From assembly GCA_964603625.1 (NCBI GenBank), contig CAZRVM010000001.1:1949-65948 (forward strand): 64,000 nt of DNA, read 5' to 3'. Source of the DNA: an uncultured Candidatus Saccharibacteria bacterium. Its GTDB lineage: Bacteria; Patescibacteriota; Saccharimonadia; Saccharimonadales; JAGQNJ01. Every line of letters begins with the position of its first letter. Position 1 is the stretch's first letter. The position numbers and the translations under genes were made by a program. Positions 41,888 through 51,936 of the stretch are shown here, piece by piece. The notes under the pieces are model-generated. The model was given only the letters and a program-made list of their open reading frames with translations, made no database searches and was not told where the DNA came from.

Positions 41888-42421
41888 TTAACCTAACCGT
41901 CTAAAAAAAACTAGGCAAGAATCACCGTAGCTTTTAATTTCTATCATCTGACAATTTTCTATTTCTATTTTTGAATATTCTGGCGCTAAAGATAAAACTA
42001 AGATCCCGCCCATTCTTAAAACTAAACTTAATTTATTTAGATGTTTTAGATTTATTTTTTCATAAGGCGGATCGGCTATAATAATATCGAACTGCTGATT
42101 TAGATTATTGTCTATCCATGTACTAATGTTTGCTTGCGTTGCTTTTACTGGAACATCTAAAGAACTTATGTTATTCCTTATAGTCTCAATAGCTTTTTTG
42201 TCTGTTTCTATCGCGATTACAGATTTTGCCTTACGACTTATTGCTTCTAATGCGATAGCCCCACTCCCACTATAAGCATCTAGCACATCCAGCCCCTCAA
42301 TATTACCCAAAATATTAAAAATTGCACCTCTCATTTTTTCACTCATTGGATGAGTTTTATTACCGGGAGGAGAATTAATTAACCGCCCTCCAAGCGACCC
42401 AGAAATTACCCTTAATTTCAT
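41888..42421 (-). CDS. rsmD: 16S rRNA (guanine966-N2)-methyltransferase RsmD-like
   Basis: DAYSGSGAIALEAISRKA (SAM-binding) and the IIADPPY motif. Confidence 0.8.
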   Translation of the reverse strand: MKLRVISGSLGGRLINSPPGNKTHPMSEKMRGAIFNILGNIEGLDVLDAYSGSGAIALEAISRKAKSVIAIETDKKAIETIRNNISSLDVPVKATQANISTWIDNNLNQQFDIIIADPPYEKINLKHLNKLSLVLRMGGILVLSLAPEYSKIEIENCQMIEIKSYGDSCLVFFRRLG

Positions 42422-43245
42422 TTTAATTCTGAGTAGTTAATCTTGCCAGCTTCTACCAAAGATAAATACCAAATCAACATTACGGTTTTTGTTATAGCTG
42501 GCGCCAATTTATTCCTAACATCAATAATTAGTTTAGTAGACCATCCTCGTTTTCTAAACCTTTCATACATATCTAAGATTGCAATTTCTTTAGCGGTTCT
42601 TTTAAATAATTCAATCGGCCCAATCTCTAGAGCTGTTTCTATTTCTTTTCTAGATGGGTAAGCATTTGCAATACTCAAGGGAGCAATTATTGAAGCGATG
42701 CCAACCTCAAACAAACCATGTGTTGTCAACAGACCTTTTGGACCCCACACTTTCCAATTTTTCTTAATTTGATCTCGCCGATTTTCACCACCAATTATTA
42801 TCTTTTTTTTAACCGTATCTCTCGTTTCAATACCTTCGCCTCGGAGTTCACTAAGCTTTTGCTCATAAGGGTAATGGTGAGCTGGCGTTAAACCATCTAC
42901 AATTGCGTGAGCCAACCAGGCACTTTCAAAAGAAATTCGTTCTCGATTATTCTTTTTAAGTTCTTTTACAAGTTGCTGATAGTGATCATTTATAAGTTCC
43001 AAAAGTTGCGAGTCATCTTCATCAAAAGGGCTATAATAATGCCAAGGTTCGTCTTTAGCGGGGCTTTTTCTTTTTATTGCATCCGGGCCATTTTTGCCTT
43101 CGAAATGTAAAATTTTTCGGGACGAAGGAAAAACTTTGTTATCTGGTAGTAACTTAGCTAGCTGTTTTCGTGCAACTCTATCAAACTTTTGATGCGCTCC
43201 TAATAATCTCCCCGACAGAGGAGTTAAAGTTGTTCCAGAATACAT
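42418..43245 (-). CDS. hypothetical protein, possibly a zinc-dependent phospholipase C / P1-nuclease-like metallohydrolase
   Basis: The AWLAHAIVDGLTPAHH segment resembles the H-x3-D-x3-P-x-H zinc-binding segment of PLC-type enzymes. Overlaps rsmD by 4 nt. Confidence 0.35.
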   Translation of the reverse strand: MYSGTTLTPLSGRLLGAHQKFDRVARKQLAKLLPDNKVFPSSRKILHFEGKNGPDAIKRKSPAKDEPWHYYSPFDEDDSQLLELINDHYQQLVKELKKNNRERISFESAWLAHAIVDGLTPAHHYPYEQKLSELRGEGIETRDTVKKKIIIGGENRRDQIKKNWKVWGPKGLLTTHGLFEVGIASIIAPLSIANAYPSRKEIETALEIGPIELFKRTAKEIAILDMYERFRKRGWSTKLIIDVRNKLAPAITKTVMLIWYLSLVEAGKINYSELK

Positions 43246-43310
43246 CTATTTTATGCCCCAGTTATTACTATTTACTCTAAAATCTTTTATATTAATAATT
43301 TTACTCATAT

Positions 43311-45350
43311 TTAGTTTAAATGCACCACAGATTGTAGCTCTGCTATTCTTTGCTTTATACTTGGGTATTGTAACAAATTATTAGGGTTTTTCAAAAACTC
43401 TAATGCAGACATTCTGGCTCTTGTAATTAATTTTATATCTGTAAAGTCGGCAATTTTTAAATCGTGAATCCCGTGTTGAGAAGTACCATAAAGTGACCCG
43501 GCGCCTCGTAGCTTTAAATCTAGTTCTGCAAGCTTAAAACCGTCGTTAGTAGATTCTAAGGCTCTTAGTCTGGAATTAACATTATTGCCGTCGCTAGACA
43601 TTAAGAAGCAATATCCTTGAGCAGAGCCACGACCAATTCTACCTCTCAGTTGGTGAAGCTGTGCTAAACCGAATCTTTCTGGTGATTCAATTAACATTAC
43701 AGTTGCATTGGGTACATCTACGCCAACTTCAATCATAGTGGTGGCAACTAAGATATCGATTTTACCGATGATAAAGTCTTGCATAATAGCTTGATTTTCT
43801 AAATCATTCTGTTTTCCATGCAGTAATTTAACCTTAAAATCTTTAAAATTTTTAGAAATTTCATTAAAAGTTTGTTTGGCAGATTTAAGTTTCAAAAATT
43901 CAGAATCATTTATTATTGGACAAACTACAAATGCTTGAAAGCCAGTTTTTAATTGATTCTCTACAAAATCATAAATTTTAAGTCTTCCGCTAGGTTGTAC
44001 TATTTTTGTTTCTATTGGAGTTTGGTGTTTGGGTTTTTCGCTTAACAAACTAATGTCTAATTCTCCAAAAACTGTCAACGCTAAACTTCTAGGTATGGGA
44101 GTGGCTGTTAAACTTAACATATGTGGCATATTATTAGTTGTTTTTAATAATTTTTGCCTTTGAGCTACACCAAACCGATGTTGTTCATCTACAATAATTA
44201 AAGCCAAATTAGTAAAATTTATATGTTCTTGAATAAGCGAATGAGTGCCGATTATAAGCATTGGCTTAGACTCCGACATAATTGCTTGGACTTGCTTTTT
44301 CTGGGAATGCTTCATACTACCAACTAATAAATGAACAGCGTCCACAAAGCCATTTTTAGTAAGAATTTTATTAATAGACTCTGCATGCTGACGAGCCAAT
44401 ATTTCTGTTGGCACCATTAAAGCTACTTGAAATGAATTTTTAAGCACCATTAAAGCCGACATTACGGCTACCATAGTTTTTCCACTACCTACATCACCTT
44501 CTAATAGTCTATTCATAATTTTGCCAGATTCTAGATCCTGGTAAATTTGCCATACAGCCTGCTTTTGTGAACTTGTTAAGCTAAAATCCAAATTTTTAAC
44601 AAACTTCTTAGCTATTTTTTGATCGAAATTAATTTTAATACCACTGTTTTGATTTAGCTCAGATTTAGCATGTTGCGATGCCAAGATTAATTCGAATAAT
44701 TCTTCAAACCCAAGCCTCTCGTTGGCTTTATTTAAGTCTTCGTTTGAGGCTGGAAAATGTTTAATTTTAATAGCTTGACTACGACTAATCAAATTCTGCG
44801 ACTCTATAATTTCTGTTGGTAAGCTTTCATTTATTTTTGCTAAATTGCCCAATGCTACTTTAATAATTTTTCTGATTTGTCTAGACTTCAATCCTTTGGT
44901 TTCAGGGTAAATCGGTATAATTCTAGCAGTATTAATTGGCAGGTCACTCTCTAATTCGATACTTGGATTACTTAAGTACAATCTTCCGTTTTTGAATTCA
45001 TAATTTCCAGAAATCAAATAGTTTTCAAACTGTTTAATGGAATTTTTACGATAAGGTTGATTAAACCAAACCAGCTTTACAGAACCCGAATCATCACTCG
45101 CAATAGCTTCTGTTATATGTAAACCACCTCTTACATACCTACCACTCATCTGTCGAATTTTTGCCTTTACCGTCACTAGTCCTGGTTTAATTTGATCGAT
45201 TGTTACAATTTTAGAATAATCTTCGTACTTTCTTGGGTAAAATTCTAATACATCTCCAACAGTGAACAATCCTAGCTTATGTAATAAATTATTAGTAGCA
45301 CTACCAATCCCATTTAAATTACTTAAGGGATCGTTCCATGAAACAGTCAT
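43311..45350 (-). CDS. recG: ATP-dependent DNA helicase RecG
   Basis: Walker A GDVGSGKT, the DEQHRFGV motif, and an N-terminal wedge-like domain. 679 aa. Confidence 0.9.
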   Translation of the reverse strand: MTVSWNDPLSNLNGIGSATNNLLHKLGLFTVGDVLEFYPRKYEDYSKIVTIDQIKPGLVTVKAKIRQMSGRYVRGGLHITEAIASDDSGSVKLVWFNQPYRKNSIKQFENYLISGNYEFKNGRLYLSNPSIELESDLPINTARIIPIYPETKGLKSRQIRKIIKVALGNLAKINESLPTEIIESQNLISRSQAIKIKHFPASNEDLNKANERLGFEELFELILASQHAKSELNQNSGIKINFDQKIAKKFVKNLDFSLTSSQKQAVWQIYQDLESGKIMNRLLEGDVGSGKTMVAVMSALMVLKNSFQVALMVPTEILARQHAESINKILTKNGFVDAVHLLVGSMKHSQKKQVQAIMSESKPMLIIGTHSLIQEHINFTNLALIIVDEQHRFGVAQRQKLLKTTNNMPHMLSLTATPIPRSLALTVFGELDISLLSEKPKHQTPIETKIVQPSGRLKIYDFVENQLKTGFQAFVVCPIINDSEFLKLKSAKQTFNEISKNFKDFKVKLLHGKQNDLENQAIMQDFIIGKIDILVATTMIEVGVDVPNATVMLIESPERFGLAQLHQLRGRIGRGSAQGYCFLMSSDGNNVNSRLRALESTNDGFKLAELDLKLRGAGSLYGTSQHGIHDLKIADFTDIKLITRARMSALEFLKNPNNLLQYPSIKQRIAELQSVVHLN

Positions 45351-45361
45351 CTTTAATCAAG

Positions 45362-46189
45362 CTAAGAAGCTTTTTTAACAAGAAAAAATACACTCGGCCC
45401 AAAATATGTTTTTGCGAGTGCCGATTGTAAAAAAGTTTCTAAAGACAGCATAACACTCTGGGGTACATATTTTTTTAGAGTTACAGACCTCAAGTTTGAA
45501 ACTGATAAAACTTTATCTACTTTCAAACCTGCATGGGCCAATTGTTTAATCACCGTTTTAGGATTATGATTTACAAAAGCCACTTCTTCTTTTCGGCGAT
45601 TTTTAGGGCTCCGTATATCAACAGGCTCAACCGGTAACTTTTTAAACTTAAAAGCGTGCTTTAGCCTATTTCGGCCATGAGCATAATTAGCCATCTCAAG
45701 TATTAGAATTCCATCATCAGATAAAACTCTAGCAATTTCTGCAAATTCGGCAGATGGATCTGGTAAATGGTGCATCACCCTAACCATCGTCACTAAATCT
45801 AAACTAGCTGTTTTAAATTTGAGGTCATCAGCCTGTGTTTTAACTCGTTTTACTTCTGGATAATCTTTTAAAAATTCTTTAGCAATATTAAGTTGTTGCT
45901 GACTAGGCTCAGCTAATGCAACATTTTGAGCATATTGCAATAATAAAATACATAACCTACCGTAACCTCCACCAATATCTGCGGCATTTTTGAAATGCTT
46001 GCCACTGAGTAAGCGTTTTATAGCAATTTCTTCTGATGCGTGTTCATAATCACGACCATTCCAATATTCTAAATAATTATAATTATCATTATCGTATTGA
46101 TCGGCAGTTTTTAAGTTTGATTTTGAGATCTTCTGATTGTTACTTTGTTTAGAAAGTTTGGAACCTGATTTTGCACTTTTTTTTGTCAT
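45362..46189 (-). CDS. class I SAM-dependent methyltransferase with Lys/Ser/Asn-rich N-terminus
   Basis: Motif I DIGGGYGRL; post-I acidic residue present. Confidence 0.65.
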   Translation of the reverse strand: MTKKSAKSGSKLSKQSNNQKISKSNLKTADQYDNDNYNYLEYWNGRDYEHASEEIAIKRLLSGKHFKNAADIGGGYGRLCILLLQYAQNVALAEPSQQQLNIAKEFLKDYPEVKRVKTQADDLKFKTASLDLVTMVRVMHHLPDPSAEFAEIARVLSDDGILILEMANYAHGRNRLKHAFKFKKLPVEPVDIRSPKNRRKEEVAFVNHNPKTVIKQLAHAGLKVDKVLSVSNLRSVTLKKYVPQSVMLSLETFLQSALAKTYFGPSVFFLVKKAS

Positions 46190-46206
46190 AATTATTATTA
46201 TAACAG

Positions 46207-47457
46207 TTAACCATTGTTAAATTGAATTATTGCGTTGTGGTTCTTACCAATTCTAACAATAATATGGATATCATCTATTGTGTCTGCTTTTTGCCAAATT
46301 CTATCTGAAGTTAATTTTTGACCGTTAAGATAAACTGCTCCCTGCATTATTTTACGACGCGCTTCCGACTTTGACTCTATCAATTTAGATCCTACTAGAG
46401 TATCAATAATTGAGTGGTTTAAATCTGTAGTGACAAGTGGAAGATCATTTTTTAAAAGATCAAAATCTAGTTTATTTAATTTTTGAAAATTTTGATTACC
46501 AAATAATATTTCACTTGATTTTTGAACAGATTCAGCCGAAGTAATACCATGCACAATTTTGGTCACTTCAAACGCTAATGTTTTTTGGGCAATTCTCTCA
46601 GATTTATTGGAATTAAATTGTTGCATCACAGACTCAACTTGATGTTTATCTAATTCTGTAAATATCTTTAAATAATATTCAACACTTTCATCCGGAATAT
46701 TCAGCCAGAACTGATAAAATTTGAACACCGATGTTAAGTTAGAGTCCAACCAAATTGCACCTTCTTCACTCTTTCCAAATTTTTTACCAGTTGCTTTATT
46801 TATAATCAGCGGACAAGTTAAAACATTTACAGTTTTAGATTCTACCCTTCTTATTAAGTCAATGCCAGATAATGAGTTACCCCATTGATCACTACCTGCA
46901 ATTTGTAAAACTACTCCATACTTTCTAAAAAGATACAAAAAATCATAACCCTGTAATAAAGTATAGCTAAATTCGGCATAAGTAATGCCCTTGCCATCCT
47001 CTCCTAACCTTTTAGCAACATAATCACGCTGAACAAGTGGCGTCATACTAAAATGTTTGCCAACATCACGTAAGAAATTCAAGACATTCATATTCTGGTA
47101 CCAATCTAAGTTGTTCACAAAAGTTGCCTGAGAACCAATGAGTAATTCAATCTGCTTGCTAACAGAAGCGACATTCTGATTTATTTGTTCTATTGCTTGA
47201 AGTTGTCTTTCGCTTTCCTTTCCGCCAGGGTCTCCAATTAAACTTGTTGCTCCACCAGATAAAATTACAGGTTTCCAGCCATGCTTTATAAAAATTTTGT
47301 CAAGCATAATAGCGGCTAAATTTCCAATTGTTAAAGAGTTGGCAGAAGCATCATAACCATGATAAAAACTCAGCTTATTCTCATCTAAATAAGCTAGATT
47401 CTCTATAGTGGTTTGATTTATAAAGCCCCGCCATTTTAATTCTTCCGACAATTTCAT
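46207..47457 (-). CDS. tyrS: tyrosine--tRNA ligase
   Basis: HGYDASANSLTIGNL (HIGH-like), KFGKSE (KMSKS-like), and a C-terminal S4 domain. 416 aa. Confidence 0.9.
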   Translation of the reverse strand: MKLSEELKWRGFINQTTIENLAYLDENKLSFYHGYDASANSLTIGNLAAIMLDKIFIKHGWKPVILSGGATSLIGDPGGKESERQLQAIEQINQNVASVSKQIELLIGSQATFVNNLDWYQNMNVLNFLRDVGKHFSMTPLVQRDYVAKRLGEDGKGITYAEFSYTLLQGYDFLYLFRKYGVVLQIAGSDQWGNSLSGIDLIRRVESKTVNVLTCPLIINKATGKKFGKSEEGAIWLDSNLTSVFKFYQFWLNIPDESVEYYLKIFTELDKHQVESVMQQFNSNKSERIAQKTLAFEVTKIVHGITSAESVQKSSEILFGNQNFQKLNKLDFDLLKNDLPLVTTDLNHSIIDTLVGSKLIESKSEARRKIMQGAVYLNGQKLTSDRIWQKADTIDDIHIIVRIGKNHNAIIQFNNG

Positions 47458-47545
47458 TGCTCTTTATTATGCTGAATAAGTTAACAAACGGCAAGTTATT
47501 TTTGATGTTGCAGGCATAAAAACTTTCACTTTAATTTTAAAATTT

Positions 47546-47554
47546 TGTTATAAT
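47546..47554 (+). promoter_or_regulatory. putative extended -10 promoter (TGTTATAAT) for the PBP gene
   Basis: TGnTATAAT lies 35 nt upstream of the ATG at 47589; GGAG at 47570. Confidence 0.35.
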
Positions 47555-47588
47555 AGATATCATAGATATGGAGATTATTAAAAAATAA

Positions 47589-50396
47589 ATGAATACTTCT
47601 AAGCGTAATGGGCGCGTTCATAAAAATATTTTTACCACTAAATCTGGTAAAAATATCAAGATAAATCGTAGTTTATCAGCACGCATAAAAGCCAACAAGG
47701 AAAATCAATCTATGAAAAAAGCTCAAAGGTTGAGTGCAATGCCCAAATCTCGATTTAAACGCTTTTTCTATAGGCTCCACCCAAAACGATTAGCAGCTTA
47801 TTGGTTTAGTCGAGAAGGCGGAATTATGGCACTTAAGCTAATGGGTGCCGGTTTTATTGGTGGATTTGTACTATTAGCTGGACTGTTTGCTTACTTTAGA
47901 AAAGACTTGCCAAATTTACGAGATATTTCAGGCAACAACATTGGTGGAAGTATAAGATATTATGATAAAACTGGCCAAGTTTTATTGTTCGAAGATTACG
48001 ATGCAGTTAAAAGAGTGCCAGTTGGAGAAAACGGCATTAGTCAAGTCATGAAAGATGCCACAGTTGCCATTGAAGATAAAGATTTCTATAAACACGGTGG
48101 TTTTGATGTTCGCGGGATAATGCGTGCAGGTATAAATAATGTTTTTGGCTTATCTGACGGTCAGCAAGGCGGTTCTACGATTACCCAACAACTCGTAAAA
48201 CTTTCTCAAGATTGGACAAAAGACCAAACCTATACTCGTAAAGTTAAAGAGCTGATTATGTCTGTTGAACTAGAACGAGAATATTCTAAACCACAAATTC
48301 TAGCAGGTTATTTAGATACAGCGCCTTATGGAGGAATTGAATATGGCGTAGAAGCAGCCGCACGAGATTATTTTAATAAATCCGCTAAAGATCTAACCTT
48401 AGATGAGGCAGCTATGTTTGCTTCAATCCCTAAATCACCAACTTATTATTCTCCTTATAGTGGTAGTTTTAACAAAGAAGCATTTATTGGAAGGCAACAT
48501 TATGTACTAGACCAAATGGCAGATCAAGGAATGATTACTACTCAGCAACGTGATGAAGCTAAAAAAATTGATACATTGGCTAAAGTTCAACCTCGTAAAC
48601 CAAAATATGATGGTATTAAATCGCCTTGGTTTGTACTTGCCGCTAAAGAGCAATTAGAAGAAACTAGAGGACAAGATGTGATGAGAAGTGGCTGGAAAGT
48701 AACTACCACTCTAGATATGGACCTTCAAGCAAAAGCTGAATCTGCCGTTAGTAAAGGCATGGCCCAAGTTCGTCGACAAGGTGGTGATGTTGCAGCTTTT
48801 GTTGCTGAAGATGTAAAAACTGGTCAAGTGGTTGCTTTGGTAGGTGGTACAGATTTTAGTAATCCTGAGTATGGCCAAAATAATTATGCCCGTTTAAGAT
48901 TACCTCCTGGTTCTAGTTTTAAGCCTTACGATTACACAGCTTTAATAGAAAATACAGAAAATTCTGGTGCCGGTTCGGTACTTTATGATAGTCAAGGTCC
49001 ATTAGAGGGCTACCCTTGCACCAAAAAACAACCACCAAAAAGTGGCGGAAATTGTTTATGGGACTATGATTTAAAATATCCAGGCCCAACCACACTGCGT
49101 TATGCACTTGCAGGTTCTCGAAATGTTCCAGCCGTTAAAGCAATGTTAATTGCTGGCGTAGACAAAACAATCCAAACCGCTGAAAAACTTGGTGTAAAAA
49201 GTGGTTATAAATGCTATGAAGACGATAACTTAACCAAAGAATCACAATGTTATGCTTCTTCGGCTATTGGCGATGGAGCCTATTTAAAACTTGACGAACA
49301 TGTTCACGGCTACAGTTCATTATCAAGAAATGGACTTAATATACCTCAAACTTATATACTAAAAATTGAAGATGCCAATAATAAAGTTGTCAGTGAGTGG
49401 AAGCCAAGTAAGGGCGAACAAGTTGTAAGGCCAGAATCTGCATATATTGTTTCTGATATCTTATCCGATCCTAATGCCAGCTATCTTTCTAGAAAAATTC
49501 AAAACTATAAGGGTCACAAATTTTCTGTTAAAACTGGAACAACTAACGACTCTAAAGATGGTTGGATGATGGGCTTTTCAACACAGTATGCAGCAGGTGT
49601 TTGGGTAGGTTATCATTCTCGACAAAAACAACTGACTGGCTTTATGGAAACTATGACATCACCAATATGGACCAATTGGATGGATTCAGTTCATGATAAT
49701 CTTAAACCAGAAGAAAGAGCTAAGCCTGCAGGTATAATTACAGCCGATGCTTTTGTGCAACGAACTAGCCCTGGTGCAGGCGCAAGAGTTCCCGGACCTA
49801 GTAAAGATATCTTCCCAGCGTGGTACAAAAATACACGCCGAGCCGAAAATGTAAAACGCATTATGGATCAAGTATCTGAAAAGTTAGCAACAGACTGTAC
49901 TCCAGCTAGAGCTAAACAAGAAACATCTGATGCCGGTGCCGAAGCTTTCTCGAGCGATAAATTCTATGGCGCAAATAACGCCAACGGAAGCACTGAAGAT
50001 AAAGACGACATCCATAAATGCGAAGATATCAAACCAAGTATTACGCTAAGTGTCCAAGCTACCGGTGATAGCTATTCTCTGATTGCAACAGTAGTACAGG
50101 GTACCCATCCATTATCTTCAGATAAATTTAAAGGTAATGTAACTTTAACTGCCGATGGGCAACCGTTAGCTGGCGGAAGCTACCAAATTGATAGTTCCGG
50201 CTCGGTTATTTACCAAAATTACAAACCAACTGCAACTGTAACAATTACCGCCACCGTAACAGATAGCGTACTTTATGATGCAACAGATAGTAAAACTATA
50301 ACTTTTAACACAACGCCTCCATCACAAGGTAATGGCAATAATTCTAACAACCCCTTTGGCAACAGGAACAACCCTGGAAACCGAAACGACGATTAA
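47589..50396 (+). CDS. class A penicillin-binding protein (glycosyltransferase + transpeptidase) with a roughly 200-aa C-terminal extension
   Basis: N-terminal TM anchor. GT51 motifs (AIEDKDFYKHGGFD, GGSTITQQLVK). Transpeptidase SSFKP (SxxK) and KTGTT. A Thr/Ser-rich beta-like C-terminal region and an N/G/P/R-rich tail. Confidence 0.9.
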   Translation: MNTSKRNGRVHKNIFTTKSGKNIKINRSLSARIKANKENQSMKKAQRLSAMPKSRFKRFFYRLHPKRLAAYWFSREGGIMALKLMGAGFIGGFVLLAGLFAYFRKDLPNLRDISGNNIGGSIRYYDKTGQVLLFEDYDAVKRVPVGENGISQVMKDATVAIEDKDFYKHGGFDVRGIMRAGINNVFGLSDGQQGGSTITQQLVKLSQDWTKDQTYTRKVKELIMSVELEREYSKPQILAGYLDTAPYGGIEYGVEAAARDYFNKSAKDLTLDEAAMFASIPKSPTYYSPYSGSFNKEAFIGRQHYVLDQMADQGMITTQQRDEAKKIDTLAKVQPRKPKYDGIKSPWFVLAAKEQLEETRGQDVMRSGWKVTTTLDMDLQAKAESAVSKGMAQVRRQGGDVAAFVAEDVKTGQVVALVGGTDFSNPEYGQNNYARLRLPPGSSFKPYDYTALIENTENSGAGSVLYDSQGPLEGYPCTKKQPPKSGGNCLWDYDLKYPGPTTLRYALAGSRNVPAVKAMLIAGVDKTIQTAEKLGVKSGYKCYEDDNLTKESQCYASSAIGDGAYLKLDEHVHGYSSLSRNGLNIPQTYILKIEDANNKVVSEWKPSKGEQVVRPESAYIVSDILSDPNASYLSRKIQNYKGHKFSVKTGTTNDSKDGWMMGFSTQYAAGVWVGYHSRQKQLTGFMETMTSPIWTNWMDSVHDNLKPEERAKPAGIITADAFVQRTSPGAGARVPGPSKDIFPAWYKNTRRAENVKRIMDQVSEKLATDCTPARAKQETSDAGAEAFSSDKFYGANNANGSTEDKDDIHKCEDIKPSITLSVQATGDSYSLIATVVQGTHPLSSDKFKGNVTLTADGQPLAGGSYQIDSSGSVIYQNYKPTATVTITATVTDSVLYDATDSKTITFNTTPPSQGNGNNSNNPFGNRNNPGNRNDD

Positions 50397-50411
50397 CATT
50401 AGCCAAAAAAC

Positions 50412-51752
50412 TTATTGTCTTAAGTAGTCATTTAAAGTATGTTTTACATCTTTAACCGTATGATGAAAGCTATCTTCACTTTTTCCCGCACCAATACTTG
50501 CTTTAAAGCCTAGTTTTTTAGCTTCATTTATTCGTTTGTCTATAAAAGGCACATGTCTAACTTCACCCGCTAAACCTACTTCACCAAATACCACAGCATC
50601 TTGGGATAATTTCAACCCTTTAGTTGCAGACCCAATCGCCATACATATAGCTAAATCAGCGGCTGGTTCGGCAATTTTAATACCTCCAACAATGTTAATA
50701 AATATATCTTTATCACTTAAATTTAACTTAGTCCTTTTTTCTAATACCGCGACCAATAAATTTAATCTATTAAGTTCAATTCCACTAGCTGTTCTTTTAG
50801 GATAGCCAAAATTAGTTTTATTAACCAAAGCTTGAACTTCAACTAATACCGGCCTGGACCCTTCAATTGTTGCTAAAACAATAGATCCATCGGTTGCCTG
50901 CCTTTCTGCAAGTAGTGCTTTTGAAGGGTTATCTACTGGCTCCAACCCAATATCTTTCATTGTAAAAAGAGCCGACTCATTGGTTGATCCGTAACGATTT
51001 TTTATACTTCTAAGTAGTTTAAAACCACCATATCTATCACCCTCAAGCTGAAAAACAGCATCAACAATGTGCTCTAATACTTTTGGTCCGGCAATAGAAC
51101 CTTCTTTATTAACATGGCCAACAATAATAATACTAGTGTCAGTTTGTTTGGCAAAAGACATCAAAAGATTTGTACTGCTACTTATTTGATTAATACTACC
51201 GGCGTTGGAGGAAATTCCCTCAACCTGTAAAGTCTGAATGGAGTCAACAATCACCAAATCATATTTTGATTTTAATATTGTTGCCACTATCTCATCTGTA
51301 ATATTACTAGTTGCAAGTTCAATATTTTCACTAGTAACTCCAAGTCGTTTTGCTCGCATTCCAATTTGAAAGGCTGATTCTTCTCCACTTATATATAATA
51401 TTTTTTTATTAGATTGTGCCAACTTATTTGCAATTTGCATAAGGAGAGTGCTTTTACCAATACCGGGCTCGCCTGCAAACAACATAACTGCACCTTTAAC
51501 AATTCCACCACCTAAAACTCTGTCTACTTCACCATAATTTACTTTAGACCTGCTATGATCTTGCGATGAAACTTTAATTAACGGACTAGGATTAAGTGCT
51601 TTTGATTTTACAGAATGTTTTGAGTCAGAAACATTAACTTTAACTGTCTCTTCTAAGGTATTCCAAAGCCCACAACTATAACATTTTCCGGCCCAAACAG
51701 AAGATTGGGCCCCACAATTATTGCAAATATAGTATTTCCCATTTTTAGACAT
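50412..51752 (-). CDS. radA: DNA repair protein RadA (Sms)
   Basis: N-terminal C4 zinc finger (CNNCGAQSSVWAGKCYSCG), Walker A GEPGIGKST, and a Lon-like C-terminal domain. Confidence 0.9.
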   Translation of the reverse strand: MSKNGKYYICNNCGAQSSVWAGKCYSCGLWNTLEETVKVNVSDSKHSVKSKALNPSPLIKVSSQDHSRSKVNYGEVDRVLGGGIVKGAVMLFAGEPGIGKSTLLMQIANKLAQSNKKILYISGEESAFQIGMRAKRLGVTSENIELATSNITDEIVATILKSKYDLVIVDSIQTLQVEGISSNAGSINQISSSTNLLMSFAKQTDTSIIIVGHVNKEGSIAGPKVLEHIVDAVFQLEGDRYGGFKLLRSIKNRYGSTNESALFTMKDIGLEPVDNPSKALLAERQATDGSIVLATIEGSRPVLVEVQALVNKTNFGYPKRTASGIELNRLNLLVAVLEKRTKLNLSDKDIFINIVGGIKIAEPAADLAICMAIGSATKGLKLSQDAVVFGEVGLAGEVRHVPFIDKRINEAKKLGFKASIGAGKSEDSFHHTVKDVKHTLNDYLRQ

Positions 51753-51936
51753 ATTTATAGTTTAACAAAAATTTATAAGACTTTTGACTTTTAACTTCCT
51801 ATTAGTAAACAGTTTCATAAAATAAAACTTATAATTTCTTTTTTAGCAAAATATAATAAAGGTGCTATTGAGAAAAAAATATAATTTTTACCACTGTAAA
51901 GGTTTTTGATATTTGATAAAAAATCGATAAAACTAT

